Counted from the stretch's first letter, positions 1 through 14,789 are shown. The stretch: 64,000 nt of DNA from Blasia pusilla (GCA_050084515.1 CM114271.1:26846001-26910000), one strand, 5' to 3'. Numbers and translations: made by a program. The notes: generated by a model not told the origin, from the sequence alone.

Positions 1-2150
1 TAAATCCTCTTCATGAGTCTATGCCCAAGTTAGCCAACTATAACTTGTAATAACTTCACTACAAATTGGGTGAGACATCCGTGGATTGAATTGGAATCCA
101 TGTGGGATAAGCGTTGTCGTGCGTATGTTGGTCCTCTCTTAGGATATGCTAGTGATGGGGATGCTTGTTGACAAAAATTGATGATGGAAGACTACAGAGG
201 AGCTAATAGTTATGTTCTGAAGTATAGTGTGGGTTGGGAAGGATGGAAACACTCTGTGTCTATAATTCCTAATGGGGATCTATAAGGTTTTGGAGACCAA
301 GATCCAACCCACAACACAAAGAAGGCAATTAACCCACTAGACCGATGTTCTGCTACTTTAGTCCTTGGAGATCAACATGCCTCATTATCTTATGTAACTA
401 ACGTATACAATCACTACAAAGTGACTGAATATGGATTGAAGTGGGATGATGTGAATAGAAGTGACAGACGGAATTGGGTAAGCCCTCAAAGGATAGTTGC
501 AAGGAGAGTGCAACTAGGAGTTTTTTTTTTCACAAAAAGGAGTTTTTTTTTTCACAAAAACATGACTTGAGGGGTCGAGTAGTGTTAGCATCTAAAGTGT
601 CTTGGTTTTTCAGATTTTGTAGGGTTTGGTTGAAGTATGGGGATCATTCTGTAACCGGAAATGTTGGATCTATGAAAAAGAAAAACATGAGATATGTCCA
701 AGCTTTCCATTATATTAACATGTCATGTCATTTCATTGTACTAATGACATGTGCCTTCCATGACAAGTGGCCATATCTCAAAGTCCCTTTTCACTTGTTG
801 GGTTCTGACTGTTGTGAAATATTTTTCAGCAAAGTAGGAGGCATGAGCGGCCATGAACAAAATTATGACTTTGGATCTTTGTTAGATAGTGTTGTGGGAG
901 TGAACCGAATCGCTAGGTTGGAGTTTGGTCCAGAGGGCTTGAAGATAGGTCGTTCGCATCCAAAGCAGGACCATGTGTGGGGTACTTTACATCCCTTAGG
1001 AGCAAAAGAGTTGGCTCCTGATTTTTTTTATTACTCATTAGTTGGGACTAATGAGCTAGTAGTTGACGCCCTCAAAGAGAGCTTGGATGATGCCTAGTGC
1101 ATACTAACCAGGTTGAACATGTCTCCTATAACTTCTTTGCCACTTGCCCAAAGAAGATGGTGGTTGCATCCTTGGGATTTGGAGGCAGAGACATGGCCAG
1201 ACACTGTTGTAATGAAGGAATTTGTGACATGTGATGATGTTGAGGATCAATTGGATCATCAATCTACAGTACGGCCACCTCCTATTGAGGAATCAGGCAT
1301 AGACTGTGTGATGTTGGAAGATCTAAATTGTCTTAATGCATTGACTAATGTTGAAGAAACACATGTGCAGGCTCCTCCCTCTGCTATAGATGGATATGCT
1401 GATATGGATTTAGATCCATCTACCGAGGTTAAGTTATTGGGACATGAGGTAAGACATATATTTTCACAAGTTTTGCAAGATGTCACGGATGTGCAAGTTC
1501 CTTACAGAGTGGTTCTGATAGTGACTTTTGAGGGGAAAGTATACTTCAAATCTAGACTTGTGAGTGAACTATCTTGCAATCCTTTCATGTCAAAGGATAG
1601 GCTAACGCGGATGGCCCAGAAGACATTCTACACCACTGGTAAGGGAAAAGAACGCAACCCAGATTCTCCATCTTGTTTTGTAGATATTGGAAGTGACATT
1701 GTTGTTTTGTTTGAGTCTTTGGCGCTTGCTCGTCCTTGCACTCGATCACGTAAATCAAATAACAAAAAAGGCAATGAAAATAAAGTGGAGCAAACGGTTA
1801 TCACTAAAGAATTTTGGTTAGCTCGCATTTTGTTCATCAAACGAAAGTATGGAAGTCAATGGAGTAGATGTCTTCGCCCCATTGATCTTTTGGACAAATC
1901 AGAGTCCTCAGTTGGACAAACATGGAGTGTATGTCAAATGCCTTGCAATTGGTACCAGCACTTTGGTAAAACCAATACCTTATTCACCTATAATGCATGT
2001 GACGAGCAGTATATTGATATTGAAATGATGATTTCTAATGTCAGTTTGTCTATGAAGCCAAGTCTTACGTCTGGAGTGTATGAATTGGATATATTTGACT
2101 CACATGTTATCAATGAGTATATTTGTAGTGTGTCTTCATTTAGCATGTGA
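1..2150 (+). pseudogene. Degenerate DDE DNA transposase, P-element/THAP9-like (begins before the window)
   Basis: Translation from 121 gives GYASDGD..QKLMM, DQDPTHNTKKAINPL (DxxH then K) and DRRNW..QRI. ORF 474-1097 gives LLGSDCCEIFFSKVGG, resembling the P-type S.D..E..F third-acidic motif. In-frame stops and a ~22-nt tandem duplication at ~518-560. Confidence 0.55.
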
Positions 2151-2959
2151 GTTGCTTGCATGTAGGAGTACTCGAAGATTATCAGATTTGATATTTTGTT
2201 GCTTGCTTAGGTATGTAGAAGGCATCCCAAAATTATGTAGTTGTGATGTTTGGTAGGTGGGAATAGGCTAGGGGGGATGATGGGTTGGAAATTTGAGCAT
2301 CAAGCTCATTATGAGGTTCAAGTCCTCTCTGTCATAGGTGCCAACCTTATCGGGAACAGTTGAAGTTATACCAATTAGTGGAGATGTCATATAGGTAACT
2401 CTCCCTAAATTTGACTTCACATGTTCATTGAATAATCCAAACCACTTCCCAAAAGATTATGCCCCTACTCTAAATGTCTCATTCTACAATCTCAATGACA
2501 AGCACGGCATTGTGTACAGACTCTACCTGAAAATTAAAAGCAACTTCGTCTTCTAAGCTAGTGGGCTCGCCATTTCTACAATCTTCACAGTTCTATGTAC
2601 ATATCAAATCAGTTGAAGTAACAATCTTGAATTTCGAAATTAAACCTTGCCCTTAAACCTGATTTGGTTGAGTGTCAATATAATGAAGAGACCCAAGTGC
2701 TTGGTTACCAATTAACCTCAACCTGCACAACAACTGGTTGAACTTAGGACAAGGTACTTTTCTTTACTTTCAAGCCCCTAAATAAATGAAGGACGAGAAA
2801 TTACTTAACAAAATATAGGGATCTTAATTTTTGGAAAACTCCAGATTAAAAGTAAGTAAGGGGGGAATTAAAAAATTAGACTTATAAGTTAGGGGCTCTA
2901 GACCCTAAAACGTCGTACGTGGTATAAGAGGTTTTCATAGAGTTCCCCCCCTTCCCCCG

Positions 2960-3290
2960 AGAAACCATATTTGGGTTGAGGGCCAAAATCAAGGGCCCGA
3001 GGGTGACAATAGGGAAGGTGGAATTCTCTAGGAGAACCTTAGAAGTACCTATAGGGGGGAACACTCTACCTCTATATCTGCTCGATCCCTTGAATAAGGA
3101 ACCAAGTGTGATACGTGTGTGGCCATGTTTAAGGTTTGAGCTAAGGGACACGTTTTGAGGAATTAACCAACACACTCCGGTTAGGCAAGCAACTTGAATG
3201 ATTGGTGAAGGCTTGGGTAAGAGGCTTCCTAGGGAGATACTACGCACTTGAGGAAACCTGACCCGATTAGTGCTTGGAAACTACTCGACT
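2960..3290 (+). repeat. Degenerate fragment loosely related to the solo LTR at 8757-9758
   Basis: Shares blocks such as aagggcccga and ggagaacc..agaagtac..agggggga with ~9200-9270. Confidence 0.35.
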
Positions 3291-3874
3291 ACCTTTGTAA
3301 AGAAGCTTACAAAAATTTAATCAATAAGAGAAATAGACAATATCTTATAAGTTTTTCTTGAAGTAATTAGCCTATTATCTAATGTCTTCCATGTAATAGG
3401 TCCAACATCAAAGATTATGAGTAATTTGCCCATAGGGTACTAAGAAAAGTACGAATGTTTTGAAGCAAAATAGTTTTAAAAAATTGGTGTAGATAACAAC
3501 ATCATAAAAGCCTCATGGGAGCAAGACATAACTTCAAGATCATCCTCCAAAAGTTCCATTTGTATTTTTTTCTCCTTGAAGGTTGTATAAACTACTCCCT
3601 CAAAGATTTTTAAATCTTGATAAGATTGGGTAGCTCAAACATGATGTAGAAACAACTGTAAATATTAATGTTCTTCATACTCTATAGCAAATTAAAGAAA
3701 ATACCTACATATATTCTAGAATCGTGATAATGTAAACTTTATATTTTCAAAAAATAAACCGCTAATTTAAGATTAGGAAAAAAAAGATTTACCTGGATGT
3801 GTGAGATTTAATCGACCTATGGGGTTTTCAAAAAAATCCTAATTTTCTAGGTTACGAGTTCTTTGCACCTTTAC

Positions 3875-4229
3875 TTCAAGAGTAATATAATGGAAATTCC
3901 ACCTATAGATAGATACGCTTGTTTGTTTCAAATCACTCCGTAATGGTTGTCCCCTTGGTTCGCTTGGAGATATCCTCAAGAATATCAATGTCACAAAAAT
4001 ACACCATTTGAGTATATGGAAGATATACAACTAATTCTTTGGATCTTTATTCCAAGAGTAATATAATGGAGATTCCACATATAGATATTCTCCAACAATC
4101 AAAAAATTACTCTGGTTTGTTTCAAACCACTTTGTAATCATTGTCCTCTTGCTTCACTTTAAGATATCCTAAAGAGCATCAATATCTAAAAAAAAAACCA
4201 TTTGACTATATGGATGATGTACAACTAAT
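3875..4229. repeat. Diverged tandem duplication, two units of ~160-180 bp
   Basis: caagagtaatataatgga(a/g)attccac...tttgtttcaaa...gatatcct...ccatttga.tatatgga.gat.tacaactaat occurs at ~3877 and ~4053. Confidence 0.8.
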
Positions 4230-5199
4230 CTCACAATATTTGGTTATTTCATATGCAAACCAAACTTAAATAATCACCACGTGCTTCAAAACAAAATACA
4301 TATATGTAATTATCCAAAAATATATATGTCTATAATTATGCCAAAAAAAATTTCTAATTCATTTAACAAAAATCCAATATAATATTTTTTTCAAAAATTT
4401 AATTAAGAAAATCTAACTTTACATGACATCAGGAAATGGGGAAAAAATTATCAACACTATTGGCACTTTTTGAAGTATTAGGTCTCATGAGTAGTGTGTA
4501 TGATATCCCATCGAATCCTTTATAGACATAATTGTAAATATATTTTACACCTAAGATACTCTTGATAATCTCCAAATAGATATGACCAAAAAATAAAGCA
4601 CATAACATAGGTTATATGGAACCATCCAACCATTATCCAAGTTATTAGTCATGTGTTGCCTTAATAGATTTCCCACTATTATGCAGATAAAAATAAGACT
4701 TTTTTGAATAAATAATTTAAACTATATAACTCTTAGTACACTTCTTTTTAATTTTTGTTCATGCACGAAGCACTAGGTTCTAATATTCTATATTGACCAT
4801 AAAATCATACAAATCTGCACTATAACAAATAGTCTCGAATGGGATAGCATATATGATATTTTTATAAATATAATCTCATCAAAAGCTACAGTATTCTTTG
4901 GCTTATCCTTTTTGAAGAGAATAATCAACACACGTGTGGTAAACCTCTTTTATGAACCTCTTCTATTTTAATGGACCCACTGCCTTGTCATAATATATGT
5001 TTTTCAACTATTAGTAGTGATAACTCTTTATTCTTTTATTAAAAACATCAAATAACCATTTATAATGTACTGATTAGAAGCTAATTGATCTTGTAGTGAA
5101 TTTGGGGTGATGTCATACTATTTAGGATTGCATCTCATTGTCAAAAAAAAAATGTAACCGGCCTTTCTTAGAATATCTAACATTGGCCATTGCATCTTG

Positions 5200-8100
5200 T
5201 GTCATACAAATAAACATTTTTGCCAATATATATGGGTTGTCATACACAAAAATCTAAGATCCATCTAATTATGAATCCCAACACATCTACACATGAATAA
5301 TTGGAGAATCCTAATATACAATGTGAAGTTGATGAAATATGCAATCAACTATGCCACGTCTAGCATCCATTCAATGATACACACTATAGTACTAATAGGA
5401 GTAAGAGAGAATATGCAATGAACATTCAATATGTGTGATCTCCAATTAATCCTAAGCCACTCTTTCACAGAGAATCTATGTTCAATACATGTAAAATGCA
5501 CTATATCACAAAAACCAATATGGGTCTAATATAATTAAGGAAGATGAGTTGTGAATGAACTTCATCGAAGATATACCCCCTGGGCACCTCCATGGGTGAC
5601 ATGTACACAAATGTAATCTCCTACTAGCATGTCATCAATGACCTAGAGTAAAAAGTTAGTAACTCCCTAACTACACATATGGTCCTTTCTTAAGACCAAT
5701 TACTATCCGATTTCCAACTAACTCTTGGACCCAATAAGCCCAAGTGGCTCCACATAAAGGATAAGAGGGTCAACCTCTCTAAGGTTGCCACACCTCATAA
5801 GGAAAGGGTGACCTACCTTTATACATAACCTCACAATAGCATTTTGAGAGGTCAAATAGGACCTCTCAAAATAAAGCACTACAAGACTCCTCTAAGGCCT
5901 TTATACTATCTTGCTCCACATCTCATCTACCTTAAGAAAGCCACAATCATATGCGCTCTAGTCTGTGGGTTTAGGTCAAGATGCCTAAGAATCCAATCCT
6001 TCCATGTTTTCACACTTTTTTAGGAGATTGACGTGCCCTCTTATGATGCTTCATAATAGGCAATGTCCATCCATGATTTGAACCACTGTTGTTGATTTTT
6101 TGGTCTTTATCCAATTTCGTAGTATCTTCATCTTAGTCTAATCTCTTGCCCTTACTGCCACTATGCTTATTCTCAACATCATTCCTCCTTCCAAAGCACG
6201 GCCATACCTACAATGTACAAAATCTTACATAGAAATTTGTTTCATTCGTAGCTTCATATAAACCTTGAAATGTAGGATACTCTTACTATGAAGTGCATAG
6301 TCGAACTCCTCAAATATATTGAACATAAACCTTTCCTTTTATTTTCTCAACTTATACATAGTCGTCCAAAACAACAAATTAAATGATGTGAAAAACTTTC
6401 CAAATGCAAGCTTATGAAGATCAACAATGTAAAGCACCAACATTGTGTACAACTTATAAGCATGTCCTGTCTTTTCCTTCAATTTTGTTCTTCACATCAC
6501 ATTACGCTCCAACCAATTTTGAAAAATCCATCTTGTGGCTGGCCATATCTCTACCTATCCAAGGTTTTCAATCTTCAAGAGGAACGTCAATCCCCAAGTC
6601 AATAATCCCCTCTTCCCATGTAAACAAAGATTCTTCATGTTTGATAGAACATATTCCATATGGATCTAATTTTAGATTGATCCTCACTTTTTTACGTTGA
6701 ATTATCGACAATAAGAAATGCATAGGATGCAATTGAAATATTCGACAAAGTAACAAAATATTCCATCGCGTGACCAAGGCAACGTCCAAAAATATAGTTC
6801 TCACACAAAGGTGTATACCAAGTGCATTATGTCATAGTGATAAAAAAAAATTGTGTGGGAAAAATTTGCAAGAAGAATGTGTACAAGACCAAGAACATTG
6901 TAGCCTAACCATGGTATGGTTAACTCGAAAGAATTCTCTTTAGAAGAGTAACCCTAGTAAAAGAGTTGGGGCTTCATACTCATTCACACCATGACTTGGC
7001 ACGAGGCTGGAGGTATAGGTGAGTATACTTAATGCTTGGGGGCTATGGTTGAGATACATACTTACGGACAAGGTATGATTTAGTAAATAGCTCATATTTT
7101 CACCTTGGGATCCGCACGGAAATTAGTATGAACGTCTAAAATATTCACACAAAGTTCATTCGCAGAGAAGTAGCCCACACCATTAAGGACTCATAAAGAA
7201 AATATAAAGGAATCTCCAAATATAATAATGAAGGAATGATTTTTCAATATTATGTTTGGAATATGAATGATATTTGAAGCTTGCATGGTTTAGATGTTGT
7301 GTGAGTTTGGAAGATTAAATGGATCACTTTGATATGATTTGCTACCAAATATGGAGTCTAAGGGTCATGAAATAAAATTGGCCCAAGAAACTAGGATAAG
7401 TGAAGGGCGTGCTAGCTAGGATATCGAAGATAAAAAGAAGGGGCAAAAGTCTATGATGTTGGTGAATCCAACTTAGGAATTACCTTTAGCATTCTTAAGG
7501 AAGGGGAAAAGGGGGAGGGGGCATGACTCAAGTCAATAAGGATGTCTAGTCAATGCAACTAAGAAGGGAATCATTATTATTTTAGTAATCTAAGATATAC
7601 AAGTTAGTCTAGATTTGCGATCCGAATCATGATCACGAGTCAAGGGATGGCAAAACGTTTGAGTGAATACCAAGGTGGAACCTAGACTAAATGAGTTGTG
7701 AGATTAGGGAAGGAGGGAACGTTTGGATACTCTAAAGACAAATTTTGGCCGTGGTTGAGGTCACATGAATAATCTTAATCAAGACAAGTGCAAGATCTTA
7801 GGTATGTCTTTGAATTAAGGGAAAAGATCACTAAAGTGATGATATGGAAAGAGGGTGGGAGAGCTCGGATTCCAATTCCAAGTTATTGATAAATGGATGG
7901 GAAATCTATGAATTTCTATCCAAGAATCATGACTTGGAATTTGGGGTTCATTATTTTATTATGTTTTGACTAGTTTCAAGTGTGAGCCAGAATATCATTT
8001 GAGGGACACTCAGAGGGATTAACCATTGCACTTTCGAGATGGTGAGAAATGAATGAGAGATATTGATCAATGGCGAGGGGATGGGGATGTGTGTACCAAG

Positions 8101-8600
8101 GGAGTCAAGATACTATGCACCAAGGGAGCCTCATGTGATCAATGTTGTTTCCTAACTTCATTGAATTGACCTCATAAGAAGTGCTACTAATTAGATCGAT
8201 TAGGGGATCCAATCCAAGTCTTAAACTTGAAAGGTTTAAGTTGGGAGTCTCTTTGCAAATCAACAAAGATGGTAGAGGTTGGACTCTACGAAATGGATTG
8301 CTTAAGATAAATTTTATTTTTGAAAGAAATAAAATATATGTAGAAAAAGGATGGGAAACCCATCACGATACAAAAGAGGGGGCATGGAGAGCCAAAATGT
8401 AGACCTCAAGAGGCCGGAACCGGCCACGAGAAGATAATTTGTAGAAGTATTGAGAACTGATTCCATGTGGAAGCAAGAATGGTTTCCTTGCAAGGAAGGA
8501 GAAGGGGCGAAAATAAGTTTTCTAGAAAAGTAGATCCATATTCAAATTTCCAATGTAAAATATTAAGGGAGGAAAATTTCTATGCGTAAAATTGGCTAAA
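5200..8600 (-). mobile_element. Highly degenerate LTR-retrotransposon pol-like relic (tentative)
   Basis: Only scattered, frameshifted integrase/RNase H-like fragments on the minus strand. No intact ORF and boundaries unclear. Confidence 0.3.
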
Positions 8601-8756
8601 AGATGTAGATGAAGAAAATTCAGGAAAAATCGCTTTGAGAGAAAGAGTTCCCTTTGTTGAATTTCAAGTGATGGATACTTTTTTTTCCTTGGGAATTTTC
8701 TTCTTAGAAAAACACGAGTAGTTGTGTTTACATTTCTCTCTAAATCTAGGGTTATG

Positions 8757-9758
8757 TGTCGCGACCCTCATGACCAAACAAGTGCCAAGCGGAACATCGG
8801 AACATTAGCGGGCTCACGCTAAGATGGTTTGCGCGTTGGAGTTGTCTCAAAGAGGAGACAAGAGACGAGTCGCGAGCGATGAGTCGCGTTTCAGGGTTAT
8901 GGTCGCGACTGAGAAACCTGGACCAAACGCGGAATGAGACTTGAAAGAAGTCGAGTCTAGGAAGTGGGTTGCCAAAGGGAAGATCCGGATTTGGGAAACG
9001 CCACTAGCGTTTGAGAGTTTCCGACTGTATTTATGGCCATAACTTTTAGCGCCGAGATGCGTTTGGGGCAAATAAGTTTGGTTTGGAAAGCTTACGGAGA
9101 GCCGGTCAAAACGCACTAAAGATCGCTGCAAACGCATAAGCAGCAGCCGAGATACGACCCGAAAACGACTGTAGTGAAGTCGGGTTGAGGGCCACAATGA
9201 AGGGCCCGACCCTCTTTTCCCAAAGGGGAGGGGTTATTGGAGAACCCCAGAAGTACTAGTAAGGGGGAAGGTCTCCGAGAGTGCTTGGAACCCAAACCCC
9301 ACTTTGGGCGCCGCGGGGCGGCTCAAGGGCATGGAACGGAACGCGAGTTTGGGCGTTGGGTTGGAAAACCTGCACCAAGTCCATTGAGGCGATTTTAGAC
9401 ATCCCTCTTGGATTTCACGCCGCGACTCAATTACTTGGGTCTCGGTTCGGAACTCACACGAGGACCGTTGAACAATTGGGATCGCTAGGCGTGCAAGTGC
9501 CGTTTCAGATCCCTGGACTAACCAAGAAGTCTGTTCCAAGTCTTGAAGGACTTGCCATGTGTTGGGAGCTAGGAACTAAGGAAGGTTGAGCTTGATGAGA
9601 CGCCGAGTTGAGGACTCGGTGGGTTGGAACGCCGGTTGGCCAAACCCGACTAACGAGAGTGCGTGTTTGGGTGCAGATCGGCGATGAGTTCGTGACCTAC
9701 TGAACGCACCCTTCCGCAACACTAAAGATTGACGTTCAAGGAGAGTAGGGGCGCGACA
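8757..9758. mobile_element. Solo LTR (1002 bp) with 5-bp TSD
   Basis: Termini TGTCGCG...CGCGACA form a perfect 7-bp inverted repeat. Flanked by TTATG at 8752-8756 and 9759-9763. GC-richer than its flanks. Confidence 0.88.
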
Positions 9759-11037
9759 TTATGTGCAATGAGTTTCCATAAAGTGTGGCTCAAAGAAAAT
9801 ATTTTGACAATCCTAAATCAAAGAATTACCGTTAATTTAGAATATAATTTTTTGTTTTTCGCTCAACAAACCGGAGGATCTTTGATTTTTTTTTGAGTCG
9901 ACTGTCTCCCCGCTGACTTTGAAACTATCAACGAAGGTCACCACTTAGCCCCATCTCTGCAAAAGTCTTCACAAGGTCCTAGGTCGAAACAAGTCTAGCT
10001 CTACATGCATCTTGACATGGCAGAACTTATCAGTAGACATGAAGGCAACCTATAGACTATTTCATGTAAGCTATATTTAGACAAATAATGCCACTTCAAC
10101 TTTACAACTAATCTGCATTGTGCATGTTTCTCAGGTTTACAATCCCCGACGTGTGCAGTCTCAGAGTTTCGAGCAGAGAACAACTCTTAACTCCCAGCAA
10201 CACATCTCTGCAAAAATCTCCAAAAGGTAACTGCGGAAGAGATCAAGGAGTGCACTTAGACAAATCATGGCAACAAGAACAACGGCAAAAAAGTCGATCC
10301 AAGAAAGGGGGAAGATTATCTCTCTCAAGACGTTTCTTCGTAGAAGTATTTTGGTGTGAAGCCGGCGGATCCCGAACTATTAGAGAGCTCCCCTTTGTCT
10401 CCAAAATCTCACGACGAGTGCGTTCGCTTGACTGCTTGGAGAAAATCACATTTGGACATCTTCCCTCCTTGGGGGGCATAATACAACCCAATGGATGCAC
10501 CAGACTTTGGGGACAAGCGCAAGGATTCTCTGCCAAGTGAAGGATAAGCTCCAGGATCAGAAAAAGGTTATTTCCCCCAGCCTGTCAAGGACCCGGGAAA
10601 ATCTAAAGATGTCTTGATAGAAGTCCAAGGGTCCCCACAATATCAATTGAAAAGATCCCACAACAAAAAAGAGTAGGAGGGTGAAACTTTGTACGCAAAA
10701 AAGAAATTGAAAACCCCTCCAACCTGTACTTCTGATAGGTGCCGACCATCCCAACTACGGAACCTTGTCTCTCTTGGAGAGCCGACCAACCCTATCCCAC
10801 AAGCATCTAAGGTGATTTGTAAAGCACAGAAGGCGTGGTGGTGAATGTGTAGATAGTGTTGTGACCTCAGATTTTTCAAGAGCCTGAGTGCAACATGTAG
10901 ACAAATTAGCCAGGTTGTATTGTAGTTGTAGCCTCAACATGTAAGACTAACTTGAAATGGGAAATTTTCTTGCGAAAAACCTGTCATGAACAATGGAAGC
11001 ATGTGTATGGATAAATTGCATGTGCAACTCACCTTGG

Positions 11038-11192
11038 AGTTGACATACATTTCACTCCTTAAAGAGTGAAATGTATGTCAACTTCAATATCCTTACCTTC
11101 GATAGTTTCACTCCTTAGAGTGAAAAATATCCTTACCTTCGATAATTTGGGTAACCATGGTTACCCAAACTATCGAAGGTAAGGATATTTTT
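11038..11192. repeat. Cluster of hairpins/palindromes
   Basis: 20-bp perfect stem with a 6-nt loop at 11038-11083. 70-bp palindrome centred on ccatgg at 11123-11192 with one mismatch. Internal direct repeats of aatatccttaccttcgata and tttcactcctta. Confidence 0.9.
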
Positions 11193-11266
11193 GTCTTGGT
11201 GATCTTCACTTATTTCATACCATATAAAATGATGTATTCATGAATTCTTATTGTGTTTTGTGTAGA

Positions 11267-14200
11267 TTGGAGAATGAGAGAGCAATAATTAAGCAAGAGC
11301 ATTCATTAGATAATGGTTGGGTGGTGCTGTACAATCCTATGTTGTGCACCCTCTTTGATTGTCATATTAATATGGAGATCACCAGTAGTGTTTCTATAGT
11401 CAAATACTTATAAAATATGTATATAAGGGATATGATGGAGTGTCATTTAAGCTGTCAAAGAATATGGATACATCAAGTCATACTGATATTATTGATGAGA
11501 CTTTCAGACTTAACATATCTTAGTTCATACATCTTACTTCAATACTTGGAATTCTTATTCCAGATATATCTCTTCTTCAGAGGCGTGTTGGCAACTATTG
11601 AAATTTAGTCTACATGCAGAATCTCCGAGTATTGTGCGATTAGCAGTTCATCTTCCGGAGAATATTTAATTTACTTCAATGATCTTGACGTTGTTGAGGA
11701 TGTTTGCAACAAAATAGAGAGACAAATTTAACTCAATGATTTGCAACGAATAGATCTGACTCTAATGCTGGACAATATCTTTATATTGATTTTCCTTTTA
11801 TCGTTGGAGTAATGAGAAATGGATTAGTAGGGTACAAAGAAGAAATGGTCGTGGTCATCCTATTGGTCGTTATACCTTACTCATCCATGTATATAATTAT
11901 TTTTCTTTTACCTATTATTACTTTCAACTCTAACGTATCACGTTTTAAGTGAGAAATCTATTGTGGAATAGAGGGGACTAATTCTTTTCATTTATTTTCT
12001 TCAAAGGTGAAGGGGAACGCCATTGGTTAAGATTAGTGCTTCATCATGTTCGAGGAGCATCTATATATGAATGTTTGAGTACTATTAATGGAATATTGTG
12101 TCCTACATTTAAGGAGGCTGCTATCCAATTGGGACTCCTCGAGGATGATAGTGTTTTGTTGCTTTGACGAAGCTTCTACGATGCGTACGGGTTATTCACT
12201 ACCTCGTTTATTTGCAATCATTTTAGCTCACAACACTCCTGCTCAACTTGCTACATTATGGAATCAATTTTTGGTTCCACTAACTGAGGATCCCTTTTTT
12301 GAACGACGTCAGGTAAGCCTTGATTTGTACAACTCCTTACATCATTGCTTCCTTCTTTATTAAGCATGAAATAAACTAGTCATGATTTCTTCATATGTTT
12401 GGACCTTTCCATTGTAGAAAATAAGAATTCCTAATCTTCTTGTTGATGATGCTATCATTAATAATGCATTGTTGGAAGTGCATTATTATTTTCAAGATTA
12501 AGGAAATAGATTTTCTGATTTTCAAGACATGCCTCAAACAAATTTCCAAAGTCTACAATCAGATTCATATTTAGAGGAACAAGAGCTATTATATGATACC
12601 GAGGAGTTGTATGAACAAGTACAATTGGGAAAAGCATGTTTGAATAAAGGGCAACGTGTTATTTGGGATGTTATTCATGATGAACTTGATCAAATATGCA
12701 TGAATGCCCCACCATCTCCAAAAACAAAAATCATCGATAGACCAGGTGGAACAGGAAAGACTTTTTTATATACTCTTCTCCTTGCTAACGTTAGGAGTGC
12801 AAGAGGTATAGCTTTGGTCGTAGCATCTTCTGAAATAGCTACTCTATTGTTAGATGCAAGACGTACTACACATTCATGCCTCAAGATACCCATCAATCTT
12901 CATGAGAGCTCTACTTGCAAGTAAGTGCCTTATACATTTACAACTTTATTACAATTGTGTCAATACATACATATATGTTAATACCTCAAATTAAGTATTA
13001 CAAGTTTTAACATACTTTCATGTGTCTTTTGTAGTTTATCGGTCAATAGTGATGGAGTGCGCTTAATCTGTGATGCGATGCTCATTATATGGGACGAAAC
13101 ACCTATGGCTCATCGTCATGCATTTGAGGTAGTGAACCAAACTTTACAAGATATCATGGGAGTAATCTTTGATGATTAACGACAAATACCATTCGGCGGT
13201 AAACTCATAATATTTGGTGGTGAATTTCGTCATAGGGATCGTCCACAAATCATTCAAGCCACTATAAAGAGATCATCTCTATGGTCTTGACGACAAACAT
13301 GAGAGTTCAAAGGTTGGAAGGTCATTTACGTGCTAAACAACAAGCTTTTGCTAATTGGTTAGTAGAGGTGGGAGAGGGTTGTGTACCTGTACAACCTCAT
13401 TTGAGAGAAGACTATATAAAATTACGGTCTGAAATGGTTATTAAGAGTAACAAAATATGCAATCTTATTGATATTATCTATGGAATATCTCCCAACCGAT
13501 TCCATGATATTGACTTCTTGAGAGATACAACTATTTTGACACGAAGGAATATAGATGTTGATGACATTAATGCAAATGTCATATCACGATTTCTTGGACA
13601 GGTATAAAATAATTTTGCATATTTCTTTAAGAATACACTTTGTTTATTTACGTTTGGATACTAATAAAACTTATTCCTTGCTAATTCGTTATTATGAATT
13701 GGTACAGGAACATACATACCTCAATGTCGACTCGATTGCGAATGAAGAGATGAGCAATATATATCCAGCTGAATTTTTGAACACGTGCTTACCTTCCGGG
13801 CTACCTCCACATTGTTTACGTTTGAAGATTGGTGCACCAATCATGCTCTTGCGGAACATGAATGGATCATAGGGACAACCAAATCATCATTGGGAAGAAT
13901 ATTGGAGACCGAGTTTTTATTCCATGTATCCCATTGATTGAATCCGATTCCGGTTTGCCATTTGATCTAGGTAGGTTTCAATTCCCTATTCGTCCAACCT
14001 TTGCAATGACTATTAATAAATCTTAAGGTCAAACTCTACAAAAGGTAGGAATTTACTTGCCCACTCCCATTTTTTCTCATGGCCAATTGTATGTAGCATT
14101 ATCTAGAGTAGGCAAAAAGAGTTCTATCCACATTACGATCGGAAGTGATGAACATTAAAACGAGGAAGGTAACTACACAAAAAATGTAGTGTATAAAGAG

Positions 14201-14319
14201 ATTCTTGACTGAAAATAAAAATAAAAATAAAAATTCAAACCTATATTTATTTATTATTTTTTCTCGCATATTCGCAGTCGTCCCTCTTACACCCGTGCAT
14301 CGCATGGGCATCTTCCTAG
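11267..14319 (+). mobile_element. Helitron relic: intron-containing Rep/PIF1-helicase pseudogene with intact 3' terminus
   Basis: DNGWVVLYNP..CHINME..KY..KGYD (Rep C-terminal part); PGGTGKTFLY (Walker A); IWDETPM; PFGGKLIIFGG; LTTNMRV; PSGLPPHCLRLKIGAPIMLLRN; QFPIRPTFAMTINK; FSHGQLYVALSR. GT-AG introns (e.g. ~12922-13034, ~13602-13707). 3' hairpin cccgtgc-atc-gcatggg followed by CTAG|T at 14316-14320. Confidence 0.92.
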
Positions 14320-14789
14320 TTTATTATTATAACTCATATCATTGTTTTCTCCTTCACATTCAATGCTTAACACCTATCACATTAATGATAAGAATCTTTT
14401 GTCGCTTAACCACAAATATTACATGGGTGTTTTTTAATTGAGGAAAGGCAATACCAAAATTAAATTATTGTTCCATCTACATAAACTATTTTCTTATAAT
14501 TAGTAATAAAAATAAATGAGTGTGTAGAAAAAGTTGAATTAGAGAAAAAAAAAAACAAAATCTTAGTATACCTTTTATGAAGGGCAACTTGAGAACAACT
14601 CACTTACTTATGGAACTATAATCTACATTTGTAGATAATATTTGACATCCAATTGCGGAAGGGAAGTAGGATGAGACGAATAAACTCGTTCAATTGGAAA
14701 TATGTTGGACTTGCGTCGCCATCACGTACATTGTTTTGGCCGCCACCGTCATCAACCAGTGATGGCATATGACCTTATGTTATAGTGTT

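Noticed and set aside
10000-10960. Cluster of short ORFs upstream of the Helitron
   Set aside because: No recognisable domain; could be captured sequence but cannot be supported.
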